Counted from the stretch's first letter, positions 33,681 to 42,771 are shown. The stretch is DNA of 48,568 nucleotides from an uncultured Gammaproteobacteria bacterium (GCA_964593215.1 CAZQIA010000001.1:1-48568); one strand, 5' to 3'. Numbers and translations are program-made. Notes: generated by a model from the letters alone, not told the origin.

Positions 33681-34529
33681 ATGACTGACAGCCAAGCCGA
33701 AACATCGGAGACTGGTTCTCGTAGTGGTGGTTTTAGGCCTCATTTAGAGTATTTTGGCGCCGCGAGAGGAGCAGTTCCAAGTGAATCGCCCTCGGGTTTT
33801 GGACAAAGATTTAGACAATTTAGTGAAGGCATTTATCCTCAAGGTGCAATACAGCGAATACATACTGATGGGTATAATCCCACGATTTTCGGCTATTCTC
33901 ATGCTAATGTGGCAGAAGAGGTGGCAGCAATAACCAGAAGAATTGGTGAAATGAAACAAGCGTCAAATCGGCCATTAGTAGCGCTACAAGAAATTGATCC
34001 GCAACAACTCCAATGGATTAAGGATTTTCTAGGAGCAGAAGCAGAATTCAACACGAGCGGAACAATCGGTGGTAAAACTCCAAGACCTGATGAGAAACAA
34101 AGATTAGAAGCATACCGAGGGAAATTAAGAAGTAATAACGCAGAGCATTTATCTCTTTGGTATTTGGACAATGGGATTGATGTTAAGTCAATTGAGCACC
34201 CTGATGTTAAGAAGTGGATACAGGAAGACAGGGCAAAAGGAATATTTGGCGGTGATGAAGAAGAAACCTTTGGAGGATATGGTAGAGAGGATATTCAACC
34301 TTTTTATACTGCGATAAGAAGAGACATTCATGGAATCGAAGCCATTGAGCAAGTTCGGCCGGATATTATAAGCGTTGGTGCTATGCACGCTTTAAAATAC
34401 GATATGTTATTAGATCGAAATGGAGAAAATAGTTATTATTATATAAACAGGCCTTTGGAATGGGGAACAATTTTAAAACATTGGGAAGATACTCATGCAA
34501 GGTATAAAACAGCAAGCCCCCGAGCATAA
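33681..34529 (+). CDS. Hypothetical protein (282 aa from the ATG at 33681; the track ORF starts at a TTG at 33600)
   Basis: TGGTATAAT at 33666-33674 lies exactly 6 nt before the ATG. No family recognised. Confidence 0.5.
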   Translation: MTDSQAETSETGSRSGGFRPHLEYFGAARGAVPSESPSGFGQRFRQFSEGIYPQGAIQRIHTDGYNPTIFGYSHANVAEEVAAITRRIGEMKQASNRPLVALQEIDPQQLQWIKDFLGAEAEFNTSGTIGGKTPRPDEKQRLEAYRGKLRSNNAEHLSLWYLDNGIDVKSIEHPDVKKWIQEDRAKGIFGGDEEETFGGYGREDIQPFYTAIRRDIHGIEAIEQVRPDIISVGAMHALKYDMLLDRNGENSYYYINRPLEWGTILKHWEDTHARYKTASPRA

Positions 34530-34708
34530 GTTCTAATACTTCCATGTGATTAAGATTAAAAAACTTGAGGCACGGTTAGACTCCTATTGGCAAGTAGAGG
34601 ATACCATTTGTAAACGTAGTCTTGAATCTTGTTCCAACTTTTACTTATAATGTCCACAAATGGATTGTATAAATTGACATTCCTAAAAGGTCTTTATACA
34701 ATAATTGA

Positions 34709-35116
34709 ATGTCCTCAAAAGACGTTAGTCATCCACCTTTTGGTACTCATCTTATGCTTGATGGCTATAATTGCGCAAAAGAACCGTTGGAGAATGCAAA
34801 TATCCTTTTTGAGTTATTAGATAAATTGCCTATGAAAATTGGCATGACAAAAATGACTGCTCCATATATAGTGTTTACTGAGGGTAATGATAAAAAAGAT
34901 CCGGGAGGTTGGAGCGGGTTTGTTCTGATTCAGGAGTCTCATATAAGTATTCACACTTTCATTAAGAGAAAATTTTTTACGTTTGATGTTTATTCTTGTA
35001 AAGAATTTGACACGCAAATTGTAATAGATCACCTAAAAAGTCTTTTTCAAACTGAAGATTTAGAATATACAATTGAAGAACGTGGAAAAAGATATCCGAC
35101 TGAAAATTTAGAATAG
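34709..35116 (+). CDS. speH: S-adenosylmethionine decarboxylase proenzyme (small SpeH/class 1 type)
   Basis: GTHLMLDGYNC.. and the self-processing site ..FVLIQESHISIHTF (Glu-Ser cleavage that forms the pyruvoyl group). Length is 135 aa. Confidence 0.85.
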   Translation: MSSKDVSHPPFGTHLMLDGYNCAKEPLENANILFELLDKLPMKIGMTKMTAPYIVFTEGNDKKDPGGWSGFVLIQESHISIHTFIKRKFFTFDVYSCKEFDTQIVIDHLKSLFQTEDLEYTIEERGKRYPTENLE

Positions 35117-35119
35117 CAG

Positions 35120-36019
35120 TTACTGCATAAGCCAAATCCCCACAAACAAGAACACCATAAGAACAAGTTTTTTTATTATTTCTTCCTTAGCGACACTTTC
35201 TTTAAACACTTTTGGCATAAATATAGTTAGAACTAAGCCGAATACTATTCCATAAAACACCTGTGTCCCTCCTAAAACGCTTACCAGTGTAACCGGTCCC
35301 AGAGAAATGGCAAGAAAGGTAATTGTTTTTGCCAGGATATAAACACCTTCATTAAAGAGCATGATTCCAAGAACTTTATTCCCAGCGGTTTTTGTTGTTT
35401 CAAGAAATGCAACTCGAGATGCTTTATAAAATATAAAAAGAAACAGGGCGCCAATAGCTATTCCCCAACTTTCATACGAGACTATTTTAGTAAATGAATT
35501 TGCGTTTATAGCAAATTTAATTAATATACTGCCTCCTGCAAAAAAAACATCGGCAGCAAGTACGTAATAAAAAGAATTATCAAATTTGAATTTCTTTTTT
35601 TGTTTTTTATATGAAAGTAAAATTGCACACGTTAATATAAGAAAAAAACCAAATAACTGACTTATGGAGATAATTTCGTGGAGGAATAAGAAGGAAAAAA
35701 TGAGAGTAAAAACTGGAATAAGTTGAAAAAGCGCTATAACATAGCTAGTTTGAGCAGAAGAAAGTGCTTTAAAATAGAATAAAAACGCCCAAACCGTAAA
35801 CATCCCTACAATGATAACAATAAGTCCATCCAAAAAAGGTAGGATGGGTTTCTCAAAAATCAACCAAAAAAGGGTTCCCGCAATTAACCCCACAATGCCT
35901 GAGTAGATGGGTATTCCTCTATAATCCTTTACCTTACTTTCAAGAATATATTTATCAATAAAGTTACATACTGTAAAAACAGCAGGTGAGAGGAGTGCAA
36001 GAAAAATCCAATTATTCAT
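35120..36019 (-). CDS. EamA/DMT-family transporter
   Basis: 299 aa with about ten hydrophobic helices in two similar halves, the typical EamA duplication. Confidence 0.7.
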   Translation of the reverse strand: MNNWIFLALLSPAVFTVCNFIDKYILESKVKDYRGIPIYSGIVGLIAGTLFWLIFEKPILPFLDGLIVIIVGMFTVWAFLFYFKALSSAQTSYVIALFQLIPVFTLIFSFLFLHEIISISQLFGFFLILTCAILLSYKKQKKKFKFDNSFYYVLAADVFFAGGSILIKFAINANSFTKIVSYESWGIAIGALFLFIFYKASRVAFLETTKTAGNKVLGIMLFNEGVYILAKTITFLAISLGPVTLVSVLGGTQVFYGIVFGLVLTIFMPKVFKESVAKEEIIKKLVLMVFLFVGIWLMQ

Positions 36020-36953
36020 TATTTTTTATAGTATATTTTTTTAAAAAAAAATCAGGATTGTAATCTAGCTTAGAACGTCTCAATCCTTCAATTCCCAGAT
36101 CCTGTTCTATATTATAATATCTAATCCTCCTTTCTTTTAGAAAATTTGCCACGGTTTGGTAGAGGAATTCATAAATGCCTTTATACTGAATGTCTCCTTT
36201 TAAAAAATCTCCAACCGCAAATTCATTTTCTAGAACCTCTATAACGGAGATCCCGATGGTTTTACCATCTAAAGAAACTACTATTATGAAGATATTTTTT
36301 TCTAAACCTAATCCTGAAAACAGGTTGTTAAGCGCAATTTCTTCATTTGCAGAGTCATAGTCTCCTTTATTTTTCTTCCAAATATCAAAAAAATTCATCA
36401 CTATTTTTTTTGCGCTGACATCCGAAATTGATAAGATTTCCACTTTTGGTGTATAAAGCTTTTTAAAATGATTTAACAGTTTTCTTTTTTGGTGAAGTTT
36501 TTTTCCGCTCATTGACGTTAGGGCATCAACAGACAAGACGTAGTCAAATCCATCCCTATCTTCAGAAATTTTATATTTTGAATTTAAGAGGCTAAACGAA
36601 TTTTTTATGGAATCTTCAGGTATAAGAAATAGTTCTTGGGCAAGACCATGTTCTTTTTGAAAGGTAAAGAGCTCTTCAATAGTCTTCTCTGTTTCATTTT
36701 TCCCAATAAACATATAAATTATTTCTTTTGTTACATAGTCCTCCATTCTTACAACTATGTTCTCACGTAAGAGAGAAACTTCTGTTTTCTGGGATAGATT
36801 CCAGCACCAAAGGCTTACAAAATTAAAATCCGAATATGGGGGGAATTGATTCGTGATATTTTCAATAAACTTTTTGTGGGATACAGAAAGTGGAATAAAT
36901 TCAGGAAAATTAGGGATCATCTTTGGAAAAAGTATAACATTCTGAGAAGGCAT
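36012..36953 (-). CDS. DUF2156 (LPG_synthase_C-like, GNAT-fold) domain protein
   Basis: The N-terminus ..FIPLSVSHKKFIENITNQFPPYSDFNFVSLWCW.. matches the standalone DUF2156 pattern (recalled from memory). Length is about 310 aa. It overlaps the EamA start by 8 nt. Confidence 0.5.
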   Translation of the reverse strand: MPSQNVILFPKMIPNFPEFIPLSVSHKKFIENITNQFPPYSDFNFVSLWCWNLSQKTEVSLLRENIVVRMEDYVTKEIIYMFIGKNETEKTIEELFTFQKEHGLAQELFLIPEDSIKNSFSLLNSKYKISEDRDGFDYVLSVDALTSMSGKKLHQKRKLLNHFKKLYTPKVEILSISDVSAKKIVMNFFDIWKKNKGDYDSANEEIALNNLFSGLGLEKNIFIIVVSLDGKTIGISVIEVLENEFAVGDFLKGDIQYKGIYEFLYQTVANFLKERRIRYYNIEQDLGIEGLRRSKLDYNPDFFLKKYTIKNNE

Positions 36954-36998
36954 CTTGCATTACTTGACAAGAAGGAACCTAAAGGCATATGCTAAATT

Positions 36999-37811
36999 AT
37001 GGCTAAAAATAGTTTCATTAGAAACGATATTCAAGCAACATCTACTCTTCTTATCTTTGTGCTTCTGTTAATTTTTTGGGTTGTCATATTTTTAGGAGGT
37101 ACAAAAGAGGCACCTGTAAATCATATTTTTGGCTTTATCTACGGTGGATTTTCATTATTTGGAGGAGCATGTGGTCTTATAATCTCTAGGCAATGGGGAG
37201 GGTTTAAAAGCATAATGGGGCGGGCAATTCTTGCATTATCAGCAGGCCTTCTTTTACAAGGATTTGGACAATATTCATTTTGGTATTACAACTTTGTTTT
37301 AAAAATTGAAGTGCCTTACCCTTCAGTTCCTGATATAGGTTATTTTGGGACAATACCTTTTTATATCTTTGCAGCATTTTGTTTTGCCAAGGCGTCAGGG
37401 GTTAAAGTTTCCTTGCGTTCCTTTAAGAGTAAACTTCAGGCAATTATTATTCCGGTTGTGATGTTGGGAATTGGATACGGTCTTTTTTTAAGAAATTATG
37501 ATTTCACGAGTACAACTCCCCAGCAAGTTTTTTTTGATTATGGATATCCATTGGGACAAGCAATCTATATCTCTATTGCTATTCTTACATACAGCTTATC
37601 CCGCGGATTACTAGGTGGAGTTATGAAGAACAAAATACTTCTTCTTCTCTTTGCTTTTTTTGCTCAGTTTTTGGCTGATTACATATTTATTTATTTTCAT
37701 CAATTTTATTTCCCAGCAAGTTTTATTGACCTGTTTTATTTAATCGCATATGCAATTATGACTTTAGGGATTTTACAGCTAAGAACAAGCACCCTTAAGA
37801 TTAAAGAATAA
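36999..37811 (+). CDS. Polytopic membrane protein (270 aa), first gene of the kinase operon
   Basis: At least seven hydrophobic helices. The next ORF follows after 1 nt, then the TM-less histidine kinase. Confidence 0.6.
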   Translation: MAKNSFIRNDIQATSTLLIFVLLLIFWVVIFLGGTKEAPVNHIFGFIYGGFSLFGGACGLIISRQWGGFKSIMGRAILALSAGLLLQGFGQYSFWYYNFVLKIEVPYPSVPDIGYFGTIPFYIFAAFCFAKASGVKVSLRSFKSKLQAIIIPVVMLGIGYGLFLRNYDFTSTTPQQVFFDYGYPLGQAIYISIAILTYSLSRGLLGGVMKNKILLLLFAFFAQFLADYIFIYFHQFYFPASFIDLFYLIAYAIMTLGILQLRTSTLKIKE

Positions 37812-37812
37812 T

Positions 37813-38091
37813 ATGGATATTTTTGCGCAGATCACAGAAAAAATTATTAAAGAACAGGAAAGCGTTATAGGTCCCATTGCTCTTGAACAAGCTCAAAAAG
37901 TAAAGGGTTTAAAAGTTGATTTAAAAAATCATGACATTTCATTTGATGGAAACAAAACTGATATTGTAGAAAATCTTATTGAACAATATAAAAAATTGTT
38001 TGGGCAGGCATCAGTTGAGATGTGTAAAGATGCTGTGAAAGGAATAATAACCCAGGTACCCTCCTCTCAAGTTCCACCTCTTCTGAAGTAG
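37813..38091 (+). CDS. Hypothetical small soluble protein (92 aa)
   Basis: Clean ORF tightly packed between the membrane protein and the kinase. No family recognised. Confidence 0.5.
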   Translation: MDIFAQITEKIIKEQESVIGPIALEQAQKVKGLKVDLKNHDISFDGNKTDIVENLIEQYKKLFGQASVEMCKDAVKGIITQVPSSQVPPLLK

Positions 38092-38119
38092 ACTTTTTTC
38101 TGTATATAATAAGTAAAGT

Positions 38120-39565
38120 ATGGATTCTACAAAACCTACAAATGGGCAGTCTAGTGTCCAAAGTGCACCTGTTAACGTGGCTTCAGAACTAGAACACGTA
38201 ACTCAGGAAATGTACAAAAAAAACGCTGAGTTATTTCATACAAATAAAACGCTTTCAATTCTTCAAAAAATAAATACGATTATTTTGTCTTCCGTAACTG
38301 ACTTGCGTCAGGTTTCGTCACAGGTTGCAGAGGTTTTAATTTCTGACGCAGAGTTTAAGCGGGTTTCTATTTTTGTAGTGCGAGATCACGAAGGCCTAGT
38401 GAAACTGTCGTCTTCTGGAGGAGAAGCTGTTAAGCGTGCCGAGTTTTTAGTGAAACGATCTTTTCCGAGTGAATTTATTCCAGTTGAGCACAAAAATAAT
38501 ATTTTAATTAGAGCTCTTGAATCGCGACAGCTTCAGATCGCCAGTTCGTATCAGGAAGTTTTATTTCCAGACTACACTTCTAATGAGGCGCTTTTAATCC
38601 AACAAACTCTTAATGTTCACTCTATTTTTGCGTATCCTCTTATAGTAAGGGACGAGGTTATAGGAGTTATGGCAATTGGTTTGGGGGAAGATGCAGGGGG
38701 AGTCTCTGCACAAGAACAGGATTTGATGGGGAGACTAGTAGGTGTTATTGGAATTGCTGTAGACAATGCTCTTCTCTATAAAAAAATTCAGGACGCAAAT
38801 ACACAATTAAAAGAATTGGATAAATTAAAAGATGAATTTGTTTCCTTAGCCTCTCATGAACTAAGAACCCCCATGACAATTATTAAATCCTACGTATGGA
38901 TGCTTTTAGAAAAAAAGGCAGGGGAGATAAATGATAAACAGAAAGAGTACCTAGAGAAAACATACCACTCTACAAACAGATTAATAGACTTGGTTAACGA
39001 CATGCTAAATGTTTCAAGGATTGAATCGGGAAGAATGAGTATTGAGGCAAAGGAAGTAGATATGATACAGCTTATTGCTGAGACTATGGCTGAAGTAAAG
39101 ACTCGCGCACAAGAGCTTGGCATTAATCTCTCTTTGCAAAACGATGAAAATCATGTGATTGCGGTTTGTGATCCGGGGAAAATTAAGCAGGTATTAATTA
39201 ATCTTGTAGGAAATTCCTTAAAATTTACACCTAACGGAGGCAGCATATCTATTTCTATTTTTGATAATGTTCCTGTAGGTATGGTGCGAATTACCGTTTC
39301 TGATACGGGTAAAGGAATAAACCCAGAAGATCTTACAAAATTATTTCAGAAATTTAACATGGTAGGAAATTCTCATCTAATTAAAAATAAAGATCAAGGA
39401 ACAGGTTTAGGGTTGTATTTGTCAAAGGCAATTGTTGAGCTTCATGGTGGCGAAATTAAGGCAGCTTCAGAAGGGGAAGGAAAAGGATCACAATTTTCGT
39501 TTACTCTACCCAAGAGTATTAGCTCAACTAAACCTGTGGAGCCTGCTGTTTCAGGTACACGTTGA
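38120..39565 (+). CDS. Sensor histidine kinase (cytoplasmic, GAF-like sensor, HisKA, HATPase_c)
   Basis: H-box FVSLASHELRTPMT, N-box LINLVGNSLKFTP, G-boxes SDTGKGI and GTGLGLYLSK. No TM helix. Confidence 0.9.
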   Translation: MDSTKPTNGQSSVQSAPVNVASELEHVTQEMYKKNAELFHTNKTLSILQKINTIILSSVTDLRQVSSQVAEVLISDAEFKRVSIFVVRDHEGLVKLSSSGGEAVKRAEFLVKRSFPSEFIPVEHKNNILIRALESRQLQIASSYQEVLFPDYTSNEALLIQQTLNVHSIFAYPLIVRDEVIGVMAIGLGEDAGGVSAQEQDLMGRLVGVIGIAVDNALLYKKIQDANTQLKELDKLKDEFVSLASHELRTPMTIIKSYVWMLLEKKAGEINDKQKEYLEKTYHSTNRLIDLVNDMLNVSRIESGRMSIEAKEVDMIQLIAETMAEVKTRAQELGINLSLQNDENHVIAVCDPGKIKQVLINLVGNSLKFTPNGGSISISIFDNVPVGMVRITVSDTGKGINPEDLTKLFQKFNMVGNSHLIKNKDQGTGLGLYLSKAIVELHGGEIKAASEGEGKGSQFSFTLPKSISSTKPVEPAVSGTR

Positions 39566-39911
39566 CAAGTTCAATTAAATCTCCTGGAGAAATTTGACTT
39601 TTCATAATATACCCGCTTCCCAAACTTAGTGCTTTTTTAATTTCTTCTCCCTGATCAATATTGGTTAAAAATACAACAGCTTTATTTGGAACAGTGGGGG
39701 GTTGTTCTTTAATTTTATGCATTACATCTATGCCGTTCATCTGTGGAAGCATGATATCTAATAAGACTACGTCCCATCCACCTTGCTGCATTTTGGAAAG
39801 CGCTGTGATTCCGTCTTCTGCTGTTTCAACAATGTGACCATTTTCTGTGAGAATGTCAAGATAAACCTCTCTAATGTCTTTTTCGTCTTCCACTAACAAT
39901 ATCTTAGCCAT
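39528..39911 (-). CDS. Single-domain response regulator (CheY-like receiver only)
   Basis: KILLVEDEKDIREVY..WDVVLLDIMLPQMNGIDV..VVFLTN..K signature. 127 aa with no output domain. Its 3' end overlaps the kinase 3' end by 38 nt. Confidence 0.9.
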   Translation of the reverse strand: MAKILLVEDEKDIREVYLDILTENGHIVETAEDGITALSKMQQGGWDVVLLDIMLPQMNGIDVMHKIKEQPPTVPNKAVVFLTNIDQGEEIKKALSLGSGYIMKSQISPGDLIELVNVYLKQQAPQV

Positions 39912-39957
39912 AATATATAAAACTTTAACAACTTAAAAATGAAAAGTCAAACCGTGT

Positions 39958-41718
39958 TTATAGGTCTAGAGCGTAAATATTTCCGTCGCTTGCGATATAC
40001 ATCTTTTTATTTTTCTCATCAGCGGTTATCGCGGTTATGTGCTTCATACCATTAAGACTTATTTCTTGTGCAATATTACCGGTTTTGTCAGTGATGGTAG
40101 CAATCTTTTTTTCTGGGTCAACAATATAGATATTAGTATATTCTTCATCTGTATATATTTGAGACATAACAGATAACGCTTTTCCTTTAAATGAAAAGCT
40201 GTCTTGATTTCCTCTTGTATATTTTTTTATCCCCCCGTTATCAATTACATATATAGAAGAATCTATTGCAAGGCTTGATGGGTTTGCTAATTTTGTGTCA
40301 GACGTAAAGTAAGCTTCTTTATTGAAATCATTAGGTCTGTATTTGTAGACTGTTTTGTCAGCCCCAGAAAGAAGATAAATATTTCCGCCAAACGTACCAA
40401 TTGAGACAGGACTATTTTGGTTGTCAATAATAGTTGAATTTTTACCAGAAGATTTAGCAATTTGAAAAACTGAATTACCGGATATAATATATGCATTTTT
40501 TTCATCACTGGTAAGGCTCTTTACATTACTCACATCAAAAACAGAAGATATGCTTCCGTCTGATTTAATAATTCCTCCTTTTTTACTGCCAGTTCCAACA
40601 AGTTCCCCGCCTTTAAAACTTATGTAGGTAACAGTTGAAAGTTCCGAATTATTAGAACTATCATAAAAAAGTTTTATTTTTGATGATGTTTGACCAGAAC
40701 CTCCTAATGCTTTATTTACTTCATCTAAAAACTTTTGCAGTTCTTGTCTTTGTTTACTTCCCTGAGGAAGTTTTTCTAAATTCTTTTCAACATCATTTTT
40801 CACCTGCAATACATCCTGCATTCCCATGCCACGGTTTAGTTCCATAACCGCAAGCGCATCTTCATATTTTTGTTTTTCCAAAGATAATATTTTTTCTAGA
40901 ATTGCTTGATTTTTTGAATCGGTTGTTTTCATCTTTTGTATATAGAAGCCAAGGATTAAAACAATAACAAGAAGTAGAGAGATTATAACTGCGGCACTTT
41001 TTCTATTTATTTTTCTTAACGAGAATGTGGGAAGAGAAAACTTAAGAGAAATTTTAGGAAGACTTCTTCTTACAGGTTCATCCTTTGAAGCCTCAATTGT
41101 ATCAGTAGAATCCTCGATTACGTCTTCGTGTGTTTCTTTTGCGATACCTCCAACTTTCCATATAAGTGCTGCCTCGGATCCATTTGAGCGCTCATGAATG
41201 GATGGAGCAAGAGTTTCTGCAATTTCACCTGGAGTTATGCATGTTAAAGCATCTTTTACTTGTTCAAGAGAAAGAGTTTGGAGAGTTTGGTATGTAGCAA
41301 TTATTATAACGTCTCCAGATAAAATTTTTCCTGAAAAGGAAGAAACCATGTCTTTTTCTCCAGAAGCAATAACTGTAGTTTGTTTATCTCTTTGTAAAAT
41401 TGCGAATCCAGAGTTGGCGCTAACTATATACAAAACATCTTCAACGACAGTTGTAAGAAGAAGAGACACAGTAAGAGTTGACGGTATACTTTCAAAAACT
41501 GTTGAAACAGCTTTGGAAACGCTTTCTAAGTTTTTTTCATCTAAGGCAAAAAATTCTCGCTGAAGTTTTTCAAGTGTTTCTTTACCAGTTCCAGCAATGG
41601 CTTTTTCCTCACCCTGAAGACTAAGGACTATGTGAAGCTTGCCCGCGCTATATGCTTGAGCCCAAGAGGATTCAGTTGCGCTTCCTACAATTTTTGCAAC
41701 GGACAGATGGTGTTCCAT
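39958..41718 (-). CDS. Bitopic membrane protein: PP2C-like-looking cytoplasmic N-domain, TM, extracytoplasmic beta-propeller-like repeats
   Basis: Central TM AAVIISLLLVIVLILGFYI. The C-terminal half has a recurring pattern: IYLLSGADKTVYKY, IYVIDNGGIKKY, IYIVDPEKKIATI, MYIASDGNIYALD. Domain names are tentative. Confidence 0.5.
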   Translation of the reverse strand: MEHHLSVAKIVGSATESSWAQAYSAGKLHIVLSLQGEEKAIAGTGKETLEKLQREFFALDEKNLESVSKAVSTVFESIPSTLTVSLLLTTVVEDVLYIVSANSGFAILQRDKQTTVIASGEKDMVSSFSGKILSGDVIIIATYQTLQTLSLEQVKDALTCITPGEIAETLAPSIHERSNGSEAALIWKVGGIAKETHEDVIEDSTDTIEASKDEPVRRSLPKISLKFSLPTFSLRKINRKSAAVIISLLLVIVLILGFYIQKMKTTDSKNQAILEKILSLEKQKYEDALAVMELNRGMGMQDVLQVKNDVEKNLEKLPQGSKQRQELQKFLDEVNKALGGSGQTSSKIKLFYDSSNNSELSTVTYISFKGGELVGTGSKKGGIIKSDGSISSVFDVSNVKSLTSDEKNAYIISGNSVFQIAKSSGKNSTIIDNQNSPVSIGTFGGNIYLLSGADKTVYKYRPNDFNKEAYFTSDTKLANPSSLAIDSSIYVIDNGGIKKYTRGNQDSFSFKGKALSVMSQIYTDEEYTNIYIVDPEKKIATITDKTGNIAQEISLNGMKHITAITADEKNKKMYIASDGNIYALDL

Positions 41719-41732
41719 AGAGGATGTATTTA

Positions 41733-41975
41733 TTATACAAAAATTACAGCTATAAGAATGGTAATAGTTGCTAAGATGAGTAAATACCCAATAAATTTTA
41801 AAACCGGTGAAAAAGATACTTGATTTAGCTGTACCGTAAGAAGAGAAATTTGTCTCGATACTATAATAGTAAACAGCAAGAAAAGAGTTGATAAAAGTAT
41901 TAAAACAACTTTAAGAATCTGATTCTGATTTTCTAAAAGATCTTTTACGGCTAAAAATACATCTTGTAATGTCAT
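41733..41975 (-). CDS. Small membrane protein (80 aa, two helices)
   Basis: Starts 2 nt after the upstream stop. It has two long hydrophobic segments. Confidence 0.5.
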   Translation of the reverse strand: MTLQDVFLAVKDLLENQNQILKVVLILLSTLFLLFTIIVSRQISLLTVQLNQVSFSPVLKFIGYLLILATITILIAVIFV

Positions 41976-41976
41976 A

Positions 41977-42657
41977 TTATGTTACTAATTTATCAGCTAA
42001 TAGTTCTCCGATTATTTTTCTGATCATATTTGGGTTAGGTGCTCTATCAAACTCAATGTTTTGTTCGTACGTTTCTGTTAACACTCGTACGTCTCCATAA
42101 TCAAAAATCCCTCTAATTCCCCCGACTTGAGTATATGTTACATCCGCAATGCTTGAAAGTCTTGCTTCTGAGGTTTCTTTGACAAGTATATTTGCTACAT
42201 CTAAATCAATAATTCTTTTATTTGTAACTAGCCCTACATTAAAATACCAGATCGTGAAATAGATAAGGGTAAATGCCATAAGCACCGTATAATAGAACGA
42301 TACAGAAATAAGAATTAAAATTTGGTTTACTACAATGTTTGGGAATAAAAGGGGAACAGCAATAAAAAGCCCCGGGAGCAAAAGAGCAAAGAACAAAACA
42401 GAAAGTATCCATGGAACATTTGTAATAAAGTCGCGTCTAATAAGAAGAATAATTTCCTCATCAGCCTCTTGATTTTGAAATGTTACACCTTCAGGATAAT
42501 GACACAATGAAGAAAAGAATTTTGGCTTTGAATGCGTATGTAAGTGGTTTGTAGATGGGGACTGTTTTAAAAAAGTCTGATCATTTTTTGTGTCGTCTTT
42601 TTTTTCTTGAGAAAGAATAAACTCTCCGCTTAAAGAATTTTGAGATGGTGTAGGCAT
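41977..42657 (-). CDS. Membrane protein with YdbS/bPH-like domain (tentative)
   Basis: FQNQEADEEIILLIRRDFITNVPW.., then two TM helices, then the C-terminal segment ..LVTNKRIIDLDV..DVRV. The family call comes from pattern memory only. Confidence 0.45.
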   Translation of the reverse strand: MPTPSQNSLSGEFILSQEKKDDTKNDQTFLKQSPSTNHLHTHSKPKFFSSLCHYPEGVTFQNQEADEEIILLIRRDFITNVPWILSVLFFALLLPGLFIAVPLLFPNIVVNQILILISVSFYYTVLMAFTLIYFTIWYFNVGLVTNKRIIDLDVANILVKETSEARLSSIADVTYTQVGGIRGIFDYGDVRVLTETYEQNIEFDRAPNPNMIRKIIGELLADKLVT

Positions 42658-42671
42658 AGGCGTATTATTAT

Positions 42672-42761
42672 ATACTCATTAAATTCTAATTTATAGGTTT
42701 CGTTTTCTGAGTATGTACTCAAAATAGATATAAAAATTACAAACTTGAGTATCTTGAGTAT
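42672..42761. repeat. Cluster of five TGAGTAT/ATACTCA heptamers upstream of the gene starting at 42657
   Basis: ATACTCA at 42672-42678, TGAGTAT at 42708-42714 and GTACTCA at 42715-42721. The second and third form the palindrome GAGTATGTACTC. A tandem CTTGAGTAT pair lies at 42744-42752 and 42753-42761. Confidence 0.6.
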
Positions 42762-42771
42762 AGTCTAATTA

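Larger units (their letters stand above)
29911..34529. mobile_element. Putative integrated element next to ssrA (large serine recombinase plus four unknown ORFs); right boundary uncertain
   Basis: The recombinase gene abuts and overlaps the ssrA 3' end and terminator. All cargo ORFs lack recognisable housekeeping function. No flanking direct repeats were found, and none are expected for serine recombinases. Confidence 0.45.

Noticed and set aside
33600-33743. 144-nt antisense overlap between the 471-aa and 309-aa track ORFs
   Set aside because: The overlap disappears if both genes use internal ATGs (33629 and 33681). Each of those ATGs has its own -10 box, so the long forms depend on a TTG start and an unsupported N-terminal extension.
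34709-36953. speH, the EamA transporter and the DUF2156 gene as additional cargo of the ssrA island
   Set aside because: These are ordinary metabolic and envelope functions. No second recombinase or recognisable att-like repeat lies beyond 34.5 kb, and I cannot compute composition here. The island's right boundary is left at about 34.5 kb with stated uncertainty.
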